This document shows, piece by piece, positions 38,668 to 57,619 of a stretch of DNA of 64,000 bases. The translations under genes and the position numbers were made by a program. This stretch comes from Chloroflexota bacterium (lineage in GTDB: Bacteria > Chloroflexota > UBA11872 > VXOZ01). The first letter of the stretch is position 1; every line of letters begins with the position of its first letter. Where the stretch lies: assembly GCA_963662335.2 (NCBI GenBank), contig CAXXVD010000005.1:512001-576000 (forward strand), read 5' to 3'. The notes under the pieces were generated by a model. That model had not been told where the DNA came from, did not search any database, and worked only from the letters and a program-made list of their open reading frames with translations.

Positions 38668-39389
38668 CAGTCGTCCTCATCCTCACGCCCTGGATCCTGC
38701 AAAGCGAGTACTTCGTCGTCACGCTCAGCGATGAACTCGTTCAGCGCCAGCTTGTACGCCTCTAGGTCTACGCGAAACAGCACTAGGCTTGGCGGCAGTA
38801 CCAATTCGCCGATCTGTATCAACTCATGGTCGCCATCAAATGCCTCATTGAAGTCTGAGTGGTCATCGTAGTGGACACGTTCTCCTGGAGTCCGACTGCT
38901 CGCGTCACGATGGGTGCGGTAGAGGAACGCAGCGACTGTATCCGCCGCTTGTGCGGCAAGCGTTGCTTGCCGCACATCCAGCCGGGCGGCAAAGGCGTCG
39001 CGTCCGTGGGCTGCCATGCCATACCTGTTGCGGAGTTCGCACAGGCCCTGAATTGTCTGAAGCATCCCACGAATTGTCTTCTCAATGGATCGCCTTGCCA
39101 TTGCTGGTTCCGGATGGTTGTAGGGCAATAGGTTTAGGTGGTTTGTCGTTTCCCTAAGCAGCCTTGGCGCGTCCCAATTCGGCTCGACTACTTCGCCGAG
39201 GTCAGCGAGCACAGTCTTGCAAACAGATTCGACTAAGGTCTTTGAAAGATCAAAAGCGAAGTCGGGGACACTCTCCAACGCCCTTTCTATCGCGTCAATC
39301 TGCTGCTCAATGGGTTCAGCACTTGGGCCGTCCAAAATTGCGGAACGAGCGCCGACCATTTGGAAACGGTCTGTGGATGATTCAGCCAT
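38667..39389 (-). CDS. Abortive infection family (Abi_C-like) protein
   Basis: SKTLVESVCKT and ELRNRYG.AAHG (HEPN-like R..H); sits between hsdS and hsdR. Confidence 0.7.
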   Translation of the reverse strand: MAESSTDRFQMVGARSAILDGPSAEPIEQQIDAIERALESVPDFAFDLSKTLVESVCKTVLADLGEVVEPNWDAPRLLRETTNHLNLLPYNHPEPAMARRSIEKTIRGMLQTIQGLCELRNRYGMAAHGRDAFAARLDVRQATLAAQAADTVAAFLYRTHRDASSRTPGERVHYDDHSDFNEAFDGDHELIQIGELVLPPSLVLFRVDLEAYKLALNEFIAERDDEVLALQDPGREDEDD

Positions 39390-40701
39390 CAGCAACCTCC
39401 ACGCGAACCTGACCATTCAGCAGTGGCGGGAGAAGGTAGTCGCGCACTTTGACCAAACTCTCTGTTTCTCTAATGCAAGCTGCGAGCAGTTCGAATAGCG
39501 GATCTACCGACTGACTGTAGGCAACAACAATATCGCCAGATGGCACAGTGATTGGAATCGTTCGGAAATTCCTCTTGCTAATCTCAGGGAATGCGGTTCC
39601 ACTCGCCCGGGATTCTATAGTCTCGATCCTACTGTGGGCCCAGTTCAGAACGAAAGTAGGTGGCAGCGGGCCATCACAGATCATCGCAATAAACCCCTGG
39701 TTGACCGCTGTTGGCACGCCTGATATCGCCAAATAGCCTACCGGGGCCCGTGAAGACATTAGCACAGTACCAACAGGAAGCAGTCCAGAGCTAATTTGAT
39801 CTATCCCTGCGTCCGTGATGTACCGCTCCGTATCAAATAGCAACGGATGCGAGAGACGTGACAGATCCCTAGGCGTTGCCCAGCAATGTTCTCCTCCTTC
39901 CCAAAAGTCCGGGTTCTTCGTGCTCGGTGTACCGCCACCCTTTATCGTGACCACATCGCCGATATCCGCCACTTCCCAACCCATTGGAACGGGACCGCTG
40001 TCGGAATCGACAACGGTGTCAGGGAGAGCGTCGAAGACATGCTGTGGCATGGAGGGGAAAGAACCAGCGCCGGCGGCTTTGGCTTTCACTGGCGTGAAGT
40101 CCACGAACCACGCCCGAAAGATCGCCCGCGCCAACCGCTCCAGCAGCTCTGCTGTCAGACGGTTTTGCTCGATCTTTTCATCAAGTGCGCCTAGAACACC
40201 AGCGATAGCATGTTGCTTCTCGAGCGAAGGGAGAATTGCCCTAAAATCGCAAATGCGGCTGGGTGAAGTGTGTCGTACGGTTGAGCCTGAAGCCGTAGCC
40301 AGCACGTGATGCCGATAGTCGTCCCCCCTTAGTAGATAGTATAGATAGTGTCGATCCAACGGAGCATCGGGATGAATCTGAACCAGTCCGATCCTTTGAT
40401 TGTGCAAATAGCGCCGGTCAGTCGAATCGGGTATTAATGCAGGATAGCCAAGTGTATCTCCACCTCTGCTAAGGTCGGTCATGGTTACTACAAGGTCACC
40501 AGCTTGAAGGACGTAACCATCTGGGATCGGGCCCGCATAATACTTCCTTCTTGCATCTTGAAATCCACCTCCAATTGCAAAATTGGCGGGCGTAAGCAAT
40601 ACGTCGGTTCCAACCACATCCGTGAAGTAAGCACTCTTGAACGCAAAGCCATGTTTCACGCTAATGTAATCGCCAAGTTTGGATGGTAACTTGCTATTCA
40701 T
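39382..40701 (-). CDS. hsdS: Type I RM specificity subunit
   Basis: Two TRDs, LPSLEKQHAIA, ARAIFRAWFVDF, GGTPS, SSRAPVG, RDYLLPPLLNG. Confidence 0.92.
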   Translation of the reverse strand: MNSKLPSKLGDYISVKHGFAFKSAYFTDVVGTDVLLTPANFAIGGGFQDARRKYYAGPIPDGYVLQAGDLVVTMTDLSRGGDTLGYPALIPDSTDRRYLHNQRIGLVQIHPDAPLDRHYLYYLLRGDDYRHHVLATASGSTVRHTSPSRICDFRAILPSLEKQHAIAGVLGALDEKIEQNRLTAELLERLARAIFRAWFVDFTPVKAKAAGAGSFPSMPQHVFDALPDTVVDSDSGPVPMGWEVADIGDVVTIKGGGTPSTKNPDFWEGGEHCWATPRDLSRLSHPLLFDTERYITDAGIDQISSGLLPVGTVLMSSRAPVGYLAISGVPTAVNQGFIAMICDGPLPPTFVLNWAHSRIETIESRASGTAFPEISKRNFRTIPITVPSGDIVVAYSQSVDPLFELLAACIRETESLVKVRDYLLPPLLNGQVRVEVADG

Positions 40702-42400
40702 CAGTTTGTATTCCAGCCAGTTGCTGTCGAATCACACCTGTCAAGCGTTCCCCTACCTCAAGAGAGACCTCCAATTCCGCCAGCAGCCGCGGGTATTTCT
40801 CAGTGAACGGCTCCCTATCATCTTCTTGCGCTTCCGTGCCAACGTAGCGACCGGGCGGTAATTCGAAGCCCTGCCGCTCAATGCCATCAATTGTCTCTGC
40901 TCTGCAAAAGCCAGGGACATCGCGGTAGGCCCACGGCCCATGCACGCACTCTTCCCACCACTCGGGCGCAGGCTCCCCACGCCACTGGCGGAAGGTGTAG
41001 ACGATGAGACCTATATCTGAATCGGGCCTAGGGTCGTTCATAGGGGTAGAGTGCAGCACTTCGCTGTCCTCGTCCCCAGAGAGCACACGTTGGGCGCGAG
41101 AAGTCATCGTGCCAAGCTTGCGGGCATCGATGAAGAGCGTCTCTCCGGTGCGGTCACGGTCGCAGGACTGCAGATTCCGTCCAGTCTTGTCGCGAGTTAG
41201 GAACCAGAGGCAAGCGGAAATACCGGTCGTGAGAAAGAGTTGCGGCGGCAGCGCCACAATGGCATCCACCAAATCAGCCTCGACGATACGCTGGCGAATG
41301 TCCCCCTCGCCGCCAGTGCTTGAGGATAGCGAACCGTTTGCCATGACAAAGCCGGCTACCCCGCCGCCCTGCCCGTTGGGTGGCGCGAGATGGTGGACAA
41401 AGTGCTGGATCCAAGCGAAGTTGGCGTTGCCCGCCGGCGGCGTGCCGTAGCGCCAACGCACGTCATCCTGAAGCAATTCGCCTGACCAGTCAGAGTCATT
41501 GAAGGGAGGGTTCGCCAGGATGTAGTCCGCCTTGAGATCTGGGTGCAAATTGCGCAAGAAGGAGTCGGCGGGCTGACCGCCAAGGTTGGCCTCAATGCCG
41601 CGAATTGCCAGGTTCATGTGCGCGAGGCGCCAGGTGGTCGGATTCGATTCCTGGCCGAAGATCGAGATATTGGTCTTGAGGCCGCCATGGGATTCGACGA
41701 AACGCTCGGACTGTACGAACATGCCGGCCGAGCCGCAACACGGGTCATATACCCGTCCCACAAACGGTTCGAGCATCTCCACCAGCAGGCGGACGATGCA
41801 ACTCGGTGTGAAGAATTCACCACCGCTCTTGCCCTCTTGCTGAGCGAACTTACCCAGAAAGTACTCGTAGACGCGACCGAGCATGTCGCGCGCCTTGGCC
41901 CGTTCACCCTTGAAGCCGATGGTGGCAATCAGGTCGATGAGTTCCTTCATCTTCACCGCCTCTATGCCCCTGCGGGCATAGTCTCGCGGTAGCTTTCCCT
42001 TCAGTTTCTTCGGGTTGTCGCCCTCCACCGCTAGGATGGCGTCATCAATGAGATTGGAAATGTCTGGGCGGACTGCTTGGTTCTGAAGGTTCGCCCAACG
42101 CGCCTTGCGCGGCACCCAGAAGACGTTTTCGGCGGTGTATTCGTCACGGTTCTCAAGTAGACGTTCTTGTTGTTCGCCGGTGATACCCTCTGCCTCCAAT
42201 TCACCTACCAATTCCTCACGACGCGCCTCGAAAGAGTCGGAGATGTACTTCAGAAAGAGAAGCCCAAGGACGACGTGCTTGTATTCGGCTGCGTCTACCT
42301 GCCCGCGCAGCTTGTCCGCAGCTTCCCAAAGCGTGGCAGCGAAAGCCAAGTCGGTGTTGGCTGTGTCCTTTGCCATCAAGGAACTCCTATCAATTGCCAT
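40694..42400 (-). CDS. hsdM: Type I RM methyltransferase subunit
   Basis: LWEAADKLRG, GEFFTP, YDPCCGSAGMF, NPPFN. Confidence 0.93.
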   Translation of the reverse strand: MAIDRSSLMAKDTANTDLAFAATLWEAADKLRGQVDAAEYKHVVLGLLFLKYISDSFEARREELVGELEAEGITGEQQERLLENRDEYTAENVFWVPRKARWANLQNQAVRPDISNLIDDAILAVEGDNPKKLKGKLPRDYARRGIEAVKMKELIDLIATIGFKGERAKARDMLGRVYEYFLGKFAQQEGKSGGEFFTPSCIVRLLVEMLEPFVGRVYDPCCGSAGMFVQSERFVESHGGLKTNISIFGQESNPTTWRLAHMNLAIRGIEANLGGQPADSFLRNLHPDLKADYILANPPFNDSDWSGELLQDDVRWRYGTPPAGNANFAWIQHFVHHLAPPNGQGGGVAGFVMANGSLSSSTGGEGDIRQRIVEADLVDAIVALPPQLFLTTGISACLWFLTRDKTGRNLQSCDRDRTGETLFIDARKLGTMTSRAQRVLSGDEDSEVLHSTPMNDPRPDSDIGLIVYTFRQWRGEPAPEWWEECVHGPWAYRDVPGFCRAETIDGIERQGFELPPGRYVGTEAQEDDREPFTEKYPRLLAELEVSLEVGERLTGVIRQQLAGIQTDE

Positions 42401-42556
42401 ATACCGAATAAACTGGCAGGTTTGTGAAAAGTTTCACTTTAGTCGACGCACGCAAGTGACACTGCGTTTCGAGCAGTCTCCGGGCCAAGGCCGCCTATCC
42501 AATTCCCTAGCAGAAGGATAGCGAACTACCACAAGCCCCGCAATGCAGTTACACCA

Positions 42557-42629
42557 AAATAGATCGGGCGCAAGGGGATTGCCGGTGAGACCGAACATGC
42601 GCATCAGGCTCTTGGGCGGTTTGCCGGTG
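42557..42629 (-). pseudogene. Fragment of an HTH antitoxin paralogous to 44061-44378
   Basis: Encodes TGKPPKSLMRMFGLTGNP versus TGKPPKSLMRMFGPSGNP; DNA similar to ~44124-44196. Confidence 0.7.
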
Positions 42630-42861
42630 GAGGCTGCGGACCTCATCGTGGCGCTCCGTGAGCGTAAGGTGAGGCCGGAGATTGCCGCAGAAGAAGCGAG
42701 GAGCTTGCCCAGGAAGCGGCGGCAACTCCTGGATAGCGCCAATGCCAGCGCCACCTTCGCCGGGGAGATGGCCGAGTTTCTCAAGGACAACGACTACGGA
42801 AATCTCTTGCGCTGCAAGAGCAGGCGCCCTGGGCAGATGGTTGAGGGGCAGATCACCTGGG

Positions 42862-43620
42862 CTAACCTTGTAGGGTACCGCTCGCGCGGGTTGGGTACCG
42901 AGCGTTCGGGCCTTCCAGGATGGCGCGCTGGGAATCGGTCAGGTCGGCATAGTCATCGGGGTCCAGGTAGCTGGCCGACCATGAGAGCGAGTGCGGGCTG
43001 TACTTGAAGAAGATCGTGCGGCGCTCGCCGGCGCCGTTCCAGGGAAGGGTGCCGTGGGTAAGGGCCTCGGTGAAGATGATGGCGGTGCCGGCGGGGCCGG
43101 TTACCCGCTCCACGAATGGGGCCGGTTCGTCCATCGCTTTCCACTCTTCGGGGAACTTGATGTTGCTCTTGTGCGAGCCTGGCACGCAGCCGAAGCCGCC
43201 GTCCATGGGGCCGACATCCTTCAGATTGTAGGCAACCACGGAAAGGCCGTTGTACATCATCCCGTCATGGAAGCGGTAGTAGAACGTGGGGTTGTAAGGG
43301 GCGCCGCCGCCGTGGAGGTTCGTCCCGATCGGGCCCTTGCCTGACCTGATGAGGTCGAGATAGACGTGGTCGAGCCTGAATTGATCGCCAAGCAGTTTGG
43401 CCAGGTAGGGTGTGATGGCCGGATTGTCGATGAGGTCGCGGTACTCCTTGGACCAGTCGAGCAGACGCTCAAACCTGTGGGTGCGCATGTCCGTTGTGCA
43501 CTCAGCGGCGATGTGCTCGTCGAGCACGCAGTTGAGCTGGGCGACCTGCTCAGGCGCCAGCGCTCCCGGCACAACCAAGTAGCCTTGCAGGTCGAACATG
43601 TAGCGCTCGTGGTCGTTCAT
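42862..43620 (-). CDS. Phytanoyl-CoA dioxygenase (PhyH) family protein
   Basis: FDLQGYLVV, LHGG, VPGSHK, AG.AIIFTEALTHGT..W...ERR. Confidence 0.88.
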   Translation of the reverse strand: MNDHERYMFDLQGYLVVPGALAPEQVAQLNCVLDEHIAAECTTDMRTHRFERLLDWSKEYRDLIDNPAITPYLAKLLGDQFRLDHVYLDLIRSGKGPIGTNLHGGGAPYNPTFYYRFHDGMMYNGLSVVAYNLKDVGPMDGGFGCVPGSHKSNIKFPEEWKAMDEPAPFVERVTGPAGTAIIFTEALTHGTLPWNGAGERRTIFFKYSPHSLSWSASYLDPDDYADLTDSQRAILEGPNARYPTRASGTLQG

Positions 43621-43744
43621 GAGTTGTCTCCCTGTTTCATGTTTTCTGGAATCAATGGCAACAGCCTCTATGCCATATTCCTTCCAAGCCCTGTTTCTCG
43701 CCTACGTCGACCGCCGCGATGGTCCACCACTCTTAGCTATGAAC

Positions 43745-43816
43745 TGGTGGCAAGAGAGGACTCGAACCTCCGGCCTCCACGATGTCAGCGTGGCGCTCTA
43801 ACCGGCTGAACTGCCC
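43745..43816 (-). pseudogene. Degenerate tRNA-Val(GAC), copy 1
   Basis: Near-identical to 57447-57523, with a net 4-nt loss at the 5' end and one base missing from the 3' acceptor strand. Confidence 0.85.
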
Positions 43817-43961
43817 GTCTTGCGTCTATGGCGGAGTATAGCAGGGGACTAACCGCCTGGGCAATTGGGCTACCTGCGCAAGAACGCAGCATCCGGCAGC
43901 GCGGAGATGGCATGTCGCGCCGCTGGCTCGCGCGGGTACACGTACGTTGTGATGACCGCAT
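43745..43961. repeat. ~215-bp direct repeat A (pseudo-tRNA plus promoter and upstream flank)
   Basis: Aligns with 44829-45043 along its length. Confidence 0.85.
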
Positions 43962-44060
43962 TGCCCGAGTGACAAATGCGATCGCCCTTGGCAATCGAGA
44001 ATGGCGTGAGCATGGGTTCATTTCGGTCCCGACGATGCGACTCAGCCGGAGACCGAGCGC

Positions 44061-44378
44061 TTACCGAACGGCGTTCACTTCGAGTTGGACGCCCTCGTGC
44101 TGCTGGATGCGGCTGATGACCTCGAACAGGTTGCGGGCGTGGGGATTGCCGGAGGGTCCGAACATGCGCATCAAACTCTTGGGCGGTTTGCCGGTGAGGG
44201 AACCAAGCTCCTCGAACCCGATGGTGGCGTTGATGTAGTCACGCAGGACGATCTTGCCCGTATCGACGTCCCCGGCAAGCAGGCACGCGACACCTTCCTC
44301 GAGTAGCCCTTCGCGAAATGCCGGGTCGCGCGCGGCGCGGGTCTGCACGGTCTCCTTGAAGTCACGGGTGAGCGGCAT
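44061..44378 (-). CDS. HTH addiction-module antitoxin
   Basis: MPLTRDFKETV..RDPAF, LRDYINATIGF, KSLMRMFGPSGNP. Confidence 0.85.
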   Translation of the reverse strand: MPLTRDFKETVQTRAARDPAFREGLLEEGVACLLAGDVDTGKIVLRDYINATIGFEELGSLTGKPPKSLMRMFGPSGNPHARNLFEVISRIQQHEGVQLEVNAVR

Positions 44379-44381
44379 CTT

Positions 44382-44711
44382 TCACGCCTCCTGTTGCTTG
44401 CGGCGCGTGTACTCTCGCCAGAGCTCGCGGGCATTTGCGATGTCCCTCTGTTGGCGCACTTTCGTGCCACCGCCAAGAAGGACTACCAGAGTGTCTCCGT
44501 CCCTGCCGAAGTAGATTCTGTAGCCGGGGCCGACGTTTATGCGGCACTCCATCACTCCTCTCCCAACGCCTTTGACGTTGGACAGATTCCCAGCCTCCAT
44601 GCGGGCGAGGGCCGTCCGCACCCTGGCCGCCGCCCCGGCGTCGAGACCGTCAAACCAGCGACCGAATGGACTGCGTCCCCGCTTATCGACGTATTCTCTG
44701 ATCTCGATCAT
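44382..44711 (-). CDS. RelE/ParE-family addiction-module toxin (toxin-first order)
   Basis: GRSPF..WF, GNLSNVKGVG.GV.E.RI..GPGYRIYFG, LLGGGTK. Confidence 0.88.
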   Translation of the reverse strand: MIEIREYVDKRGRSPFGRWFDGLDAGAAARVRTALARMEAGNLSNVKGVGRGVMECRINVGPGYRIYFGRDGDTLVVLLGGGTKVRQQRDIANARELWREYTRRKQQEA

Positions 44712-44717
44712 GTAGAT

Positions 44718-44746
44718 ATGGTAACTGATGTGTTACCACAATGCAA
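44718..44746 (-). promoter_or_regulatory. Sigma70-like promoter TTGCAT-17-TACCAT with overlapping palindromic operator
   Basis: TGGTAAC-N6-GTTACCA at 44719-44738; predicted +1 falls at about the toxin ATG (44711). Confidence 0.6.
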
Positions 44747-44828
44747 TACCTAGCACAGGCGGCGAATGAAAGTCGGCTCCCAACGGAAGCCATGAGGGGT
44801 TATGCATGCAGTAACGTCAAGCCGGGAT

Positions 44829-44901
44829 GGGTGGGCAAGAGAGAACTCGAACCTCCGGCCTCCACCATGTCAACGTGGCGCTCTAACCGGCTGAACTGCC
44901 C
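44829..44901 (-). pseudogene. Degenerate tRNA-Val(GAC), copy 2
   Basis: Same 5' deletion as copy 1; anticodon-stem mismatch; altered CCA end. Confidence 0.85.
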
Positions 44902-45043
44902 GTCTTGCGTCTATGGCGGAGTATAGCAGGGGACTACCGCCTGGGCAATTGGGCTACCTGCGCAGGAACGCAGAATCCGGCAGCGGGGATGGGGTGTAGC
45001 GGCGCAGGCTCGCGCAGGTGCATGTGCGTTGCGGCGACCGCAT
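44829..45043. repeat. ~215-bp direct repeat B
   Basis: Aligns with 43745-43961. Confidence 0.85.
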
Positions 45044-45088
45044 GTAACCCGTGAATTCAGCTACCGCGGTTCCATTAGTCGCTCTCTG

Positions 45089-45427
45089 CTAGTCGCTCTC
45101 TGCCGCGCCGCCGGATGGGGCCTTGACGCCGTGGAAATACCACCAGGCGAGGGCGAGTACGGCGAGCGCGGCTGCGGGAATCCACGCCCACGTCCATGAT
45201 TCCCACGCGATTATGCGCATCAAGAGCGTGGCGGCGGCGAGGGAGAGCAAGATGCTGGGCACGTGCTGCTTCTGCAGGGACGCGATGCTGCCGACGCCCA
45301 TCAAGATGCCGGGGATGATGAAGCTGCTCCACGGGTCATCCGCGAAGATGAAGCCCACGACCTGGGCAATGACCAAACCCAATACGAACATGGCAACATA
45401 CTTGCCAAGCGATTTGCCGGAAATCAC
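45089..45427 (-). CDS. Small multi-pass membrane protein
   Basis: About four hydrophobic segments; GGGAGA upstream of GTG 45427. Confidence 0.55.
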   Translation of the reverse strand: MISGKSLGKYVAMFVLGLVIAQVVGFIFADDPWSSFIIPGILMGVGSIASLQKQHVPSILLSLAAATLLMRIIAWESWTWAWIPAAALAVLALAWWYFHGVKAPSGGAAESD

Positions 45428-45518
45428 GAAAGTCTCTCCCTTCAGTGCGCGCGAATCTTCCGCCGTCCAGCATACCCCATCCGCCTGCGCGGGGCAGCGC
45501 CCGTCGCGCGGCCTGGGG

Positions 45519-55961
<10,443 letters not shown>

Positions 55962-56073
55962 TAGGCTTTCCCCATGCGCCGCGCAAGCGGCGTTGGCTGC
56001 GGGGCAACCGCGCCGCCGCGCAAGCGGCTCCGGTAGATGCTTTAGACCACGGTACAGCCCGCGTGGCCGTAGG

Positions 56074-56349
56074 TTAGCGTTTCTCGGTCAGACGGCCGGA
56101 GAGATACTTATGGATAACGCTGGAGAGCAGTGTCTGGTAGGGTATGCCCTCTTCCCTGGCGCGGGAGTGGGCGAGGTTGAAATCGCGCTCGGTCACGCGC
56201 AGGTTGACGCGCTTGGTCTTGTTGAAGGTATGGCGGGCCGCCAGACGGGCCGTCTCGGCCTCGTGTTCGGCGTCAGGCACGGCGCGCAACTCACCCAGCT
56301 CGAATCGCTCCAGAATGTCGCGCTCTTCCGCGCTCATTTCGTCGTTCAC
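56074..56349 (-). CDS. BrnA/CopG-like RHH antitoxin
   Basis: KRVNLRV..D....A.EEGIPYQTLLSSVIHKY. Confidence 0.85.
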   Translation of the reverse strand: MNDEMSAEERDILERFELGELRAVPDAEHEAETARLAARHTFNKTKRVNLRVTERDFNLAHSRAREEGIPYQTLLSSVIHKYLSGRLTEKR

Positions 56350-56630
56350 GGCAGACTCCTCCGCTAGTCTCTCGTCTGCTTCCGGCTGGGAATGATCGTC
56401 TTCAGAAAGCGCGTGCCGTCGGGCTGAGTTACGAATGGCACGAGATGAAGGTGCCGGTTTACATCCACCACGTAGATCCTCTGCCCCGGGTAACGCTACT
56501 GGTTGGGGTGCTCCAGCACGTCTACAACGCCGACCTGCTCGATGGCGAAGACAACCCGCTCGAACGAGATTCCCCGCTGCTCTCTGAGGCGCCGGTTCTT
56601 ATCTGTGCTCTAGTCGAAGCTACTGCTCAT
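56346..56630 (-). pseudogene. BrnT-like toxin with three in-frame TAG codons
   Basis: MSSSFD*STDKNRRLREQRGISFERVV..EHPNQ*RYPGQ..LVPFV..FLKTIIPSRKQTRD*RRSLP; ends in a TGA overlapping the antitoxin GTG. Confidence 0.85.
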
Positions 56631-56770
56631 GTGTCAATTATCATACGATGTAAGTACTTTGGCAACAGAGTGCCACCTATTGATAGCGTACCGGCGCCCC
56701 CGCTGTGCGCCTTGACGCGAATGCCGGCTTAGTCATACAATTAGCTAACCCCATACCTAAGGAGTCTCCC

Positions 56771-57007
56771 ATGGCCATCGTAAACGTCCACGAAGCCAAG
56801 ACCCACTTGTCGCGCCTGCTCGCGCGGGTCGAGGAAGGCGAGGAGATCGTCATCGCCCGCAACGGCACACCGGTGGCGCGCCTGGTGCGCTGCAAGAAGC
56901 GCGGCAAGCGGCGGCCGGGTTCCATGGCCGGAGTCTTTACCGTCCCCGATAGCTTCTTTGACCCACTGCCCGAGGAGGAGTTGGCCGCGTGGGAGGGGGA
57001 CGGCTAG
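56771..57007 (+). CDS. Phd/YefM family antitoxin
   Basis: VNVHEAKTHLSRLL..GEEIVIARNGTPVARL; AAGGAG RBS; TTGACG-18-TACAAT at 56712-56741. Confidence 0.9.
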   Translation: MAIVNVHEAKTHLSRLLARVEEGEEIVIARNGTPVARLVRCKKRGKRRPGSMAGVFTVPDSFFDPLPEEELAAWEGDG

Positions 57008-57010
57008 CAA

Positions 57011-57397
57011 ATGCGGCTCCTTCTGGACACCCATGCGTTTCTCTGGTGGGTGACCAATGACGCGAAGTTGTCGCGGGTAGCGCGGCAGTCAATAGCGGAT
57101 GACGAGAACGACGTGCTGATAAGCGCGGGTTCGGCCTGGGAAATTGTGATCAAGCATCGCAAGGGCAAACTGCCGGAAGCGGAACCCCTCGTCCGCGACA
57201 TTTCCGGTACCATAGCCGATCAAGGCTTCGAGGAACTGCCGATCACCGTCGCTGACGCCGCGCGGGCCGGCGCGCTGCCCGGCCGCCACCGCGACCCATT
57301 CGACCGCATGCTCATCGCCCAGGCGCTGACGCGCGACCTCACCCTCATCTCGATCGAACCCCTTTTCGACCGCTACGGCGTGCGCCGCCTCTGGTAG
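57011..57397 (+). CDS. vapC: VapC PIN-domain toxin
   Basis: LLDTHAFLWW, SAWE, HRDPFDRMLIAQA; final catalytic position reads SIE rather than S.D. Confidence 0.9.
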   Translation: MRLLLDTHAFLWWVTNDAKLSRVARQSIADDENDVLISAGSAWEIVIKHRKGKLPEAEPLVRDISGTIADQGFEELPITVADAARAGALPGRHRDPFDRMLIAQALTRDLTLISIEPLFDRYGVRRLW

Positions 57398-57446
57398 ACC
57401 CGTCCTGTGCTTACGCCGAAATGAGGGGTCGCGAACTGATCCGGTC

Positions 57447-57523
57447 TGGTGGGCAAGAGAGGACTCGAACCTCCGGCCTCCACGATGTCAACGTGGCGCT
57501 CTAACCGGCTGAGCTACTTGCCC
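57447..57523 (-). tRNA. tRNA-Val(GAC)
   Basis: 77-nt cloverleaf GGGCAAG..TAGCTCAG..CCACG-TTGACAT-CGTGG..GGTTCGAGTCC..CTTGCCCACCA. Confidence 0.97.
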
Positions 57524-57537
57524 TATCGCTATTGCGG

Positions 57538-57566
57538 AGTATAGCATGGGAATCGACCTTGAGCAA
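57538..57566 (-). promoter_or_regulatory. tRNA promoter TTGCTC-17-TATACT (extended -10)
   Basis: Canonical spacing; homologous boxes are retained upstream of both pseudo-tRNA copies. Confidence 0.7.
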
Positions 57567-57619
57567 TCGTGAGAAGCGGCGTTTTGCATTACCGGAAAGC
57601 GCTGAGCGGGACTGCCTGC

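Noticed and set aside
42543-43007. 154-aa + strand ORF
   Set aside because: It overlaps the antitoxin relic and phyH on the opposite strand and has no recognisable motif; at most a gene fragment
43745-45043. Possible CRISPR array or functional extra tRNA genes
   Set aside because: Only two long repeats with no spacer periodicity and no cas genes; both tRNA copies have broken acceptor stems
45076-45103. 14-bp tandem duplication TAGTCGCTCTCTGC at a stop codon
   Set aside because: Most simply a slippage duplication; no element lies between the copies
56346-56630. Genome-wide TAG reassignment as the explanation for the toxin stops
   Set aside because: Conserved genes end normally at TAG (1662, 8589, 57397), and no suppressor tRNA or pyl genes are seen
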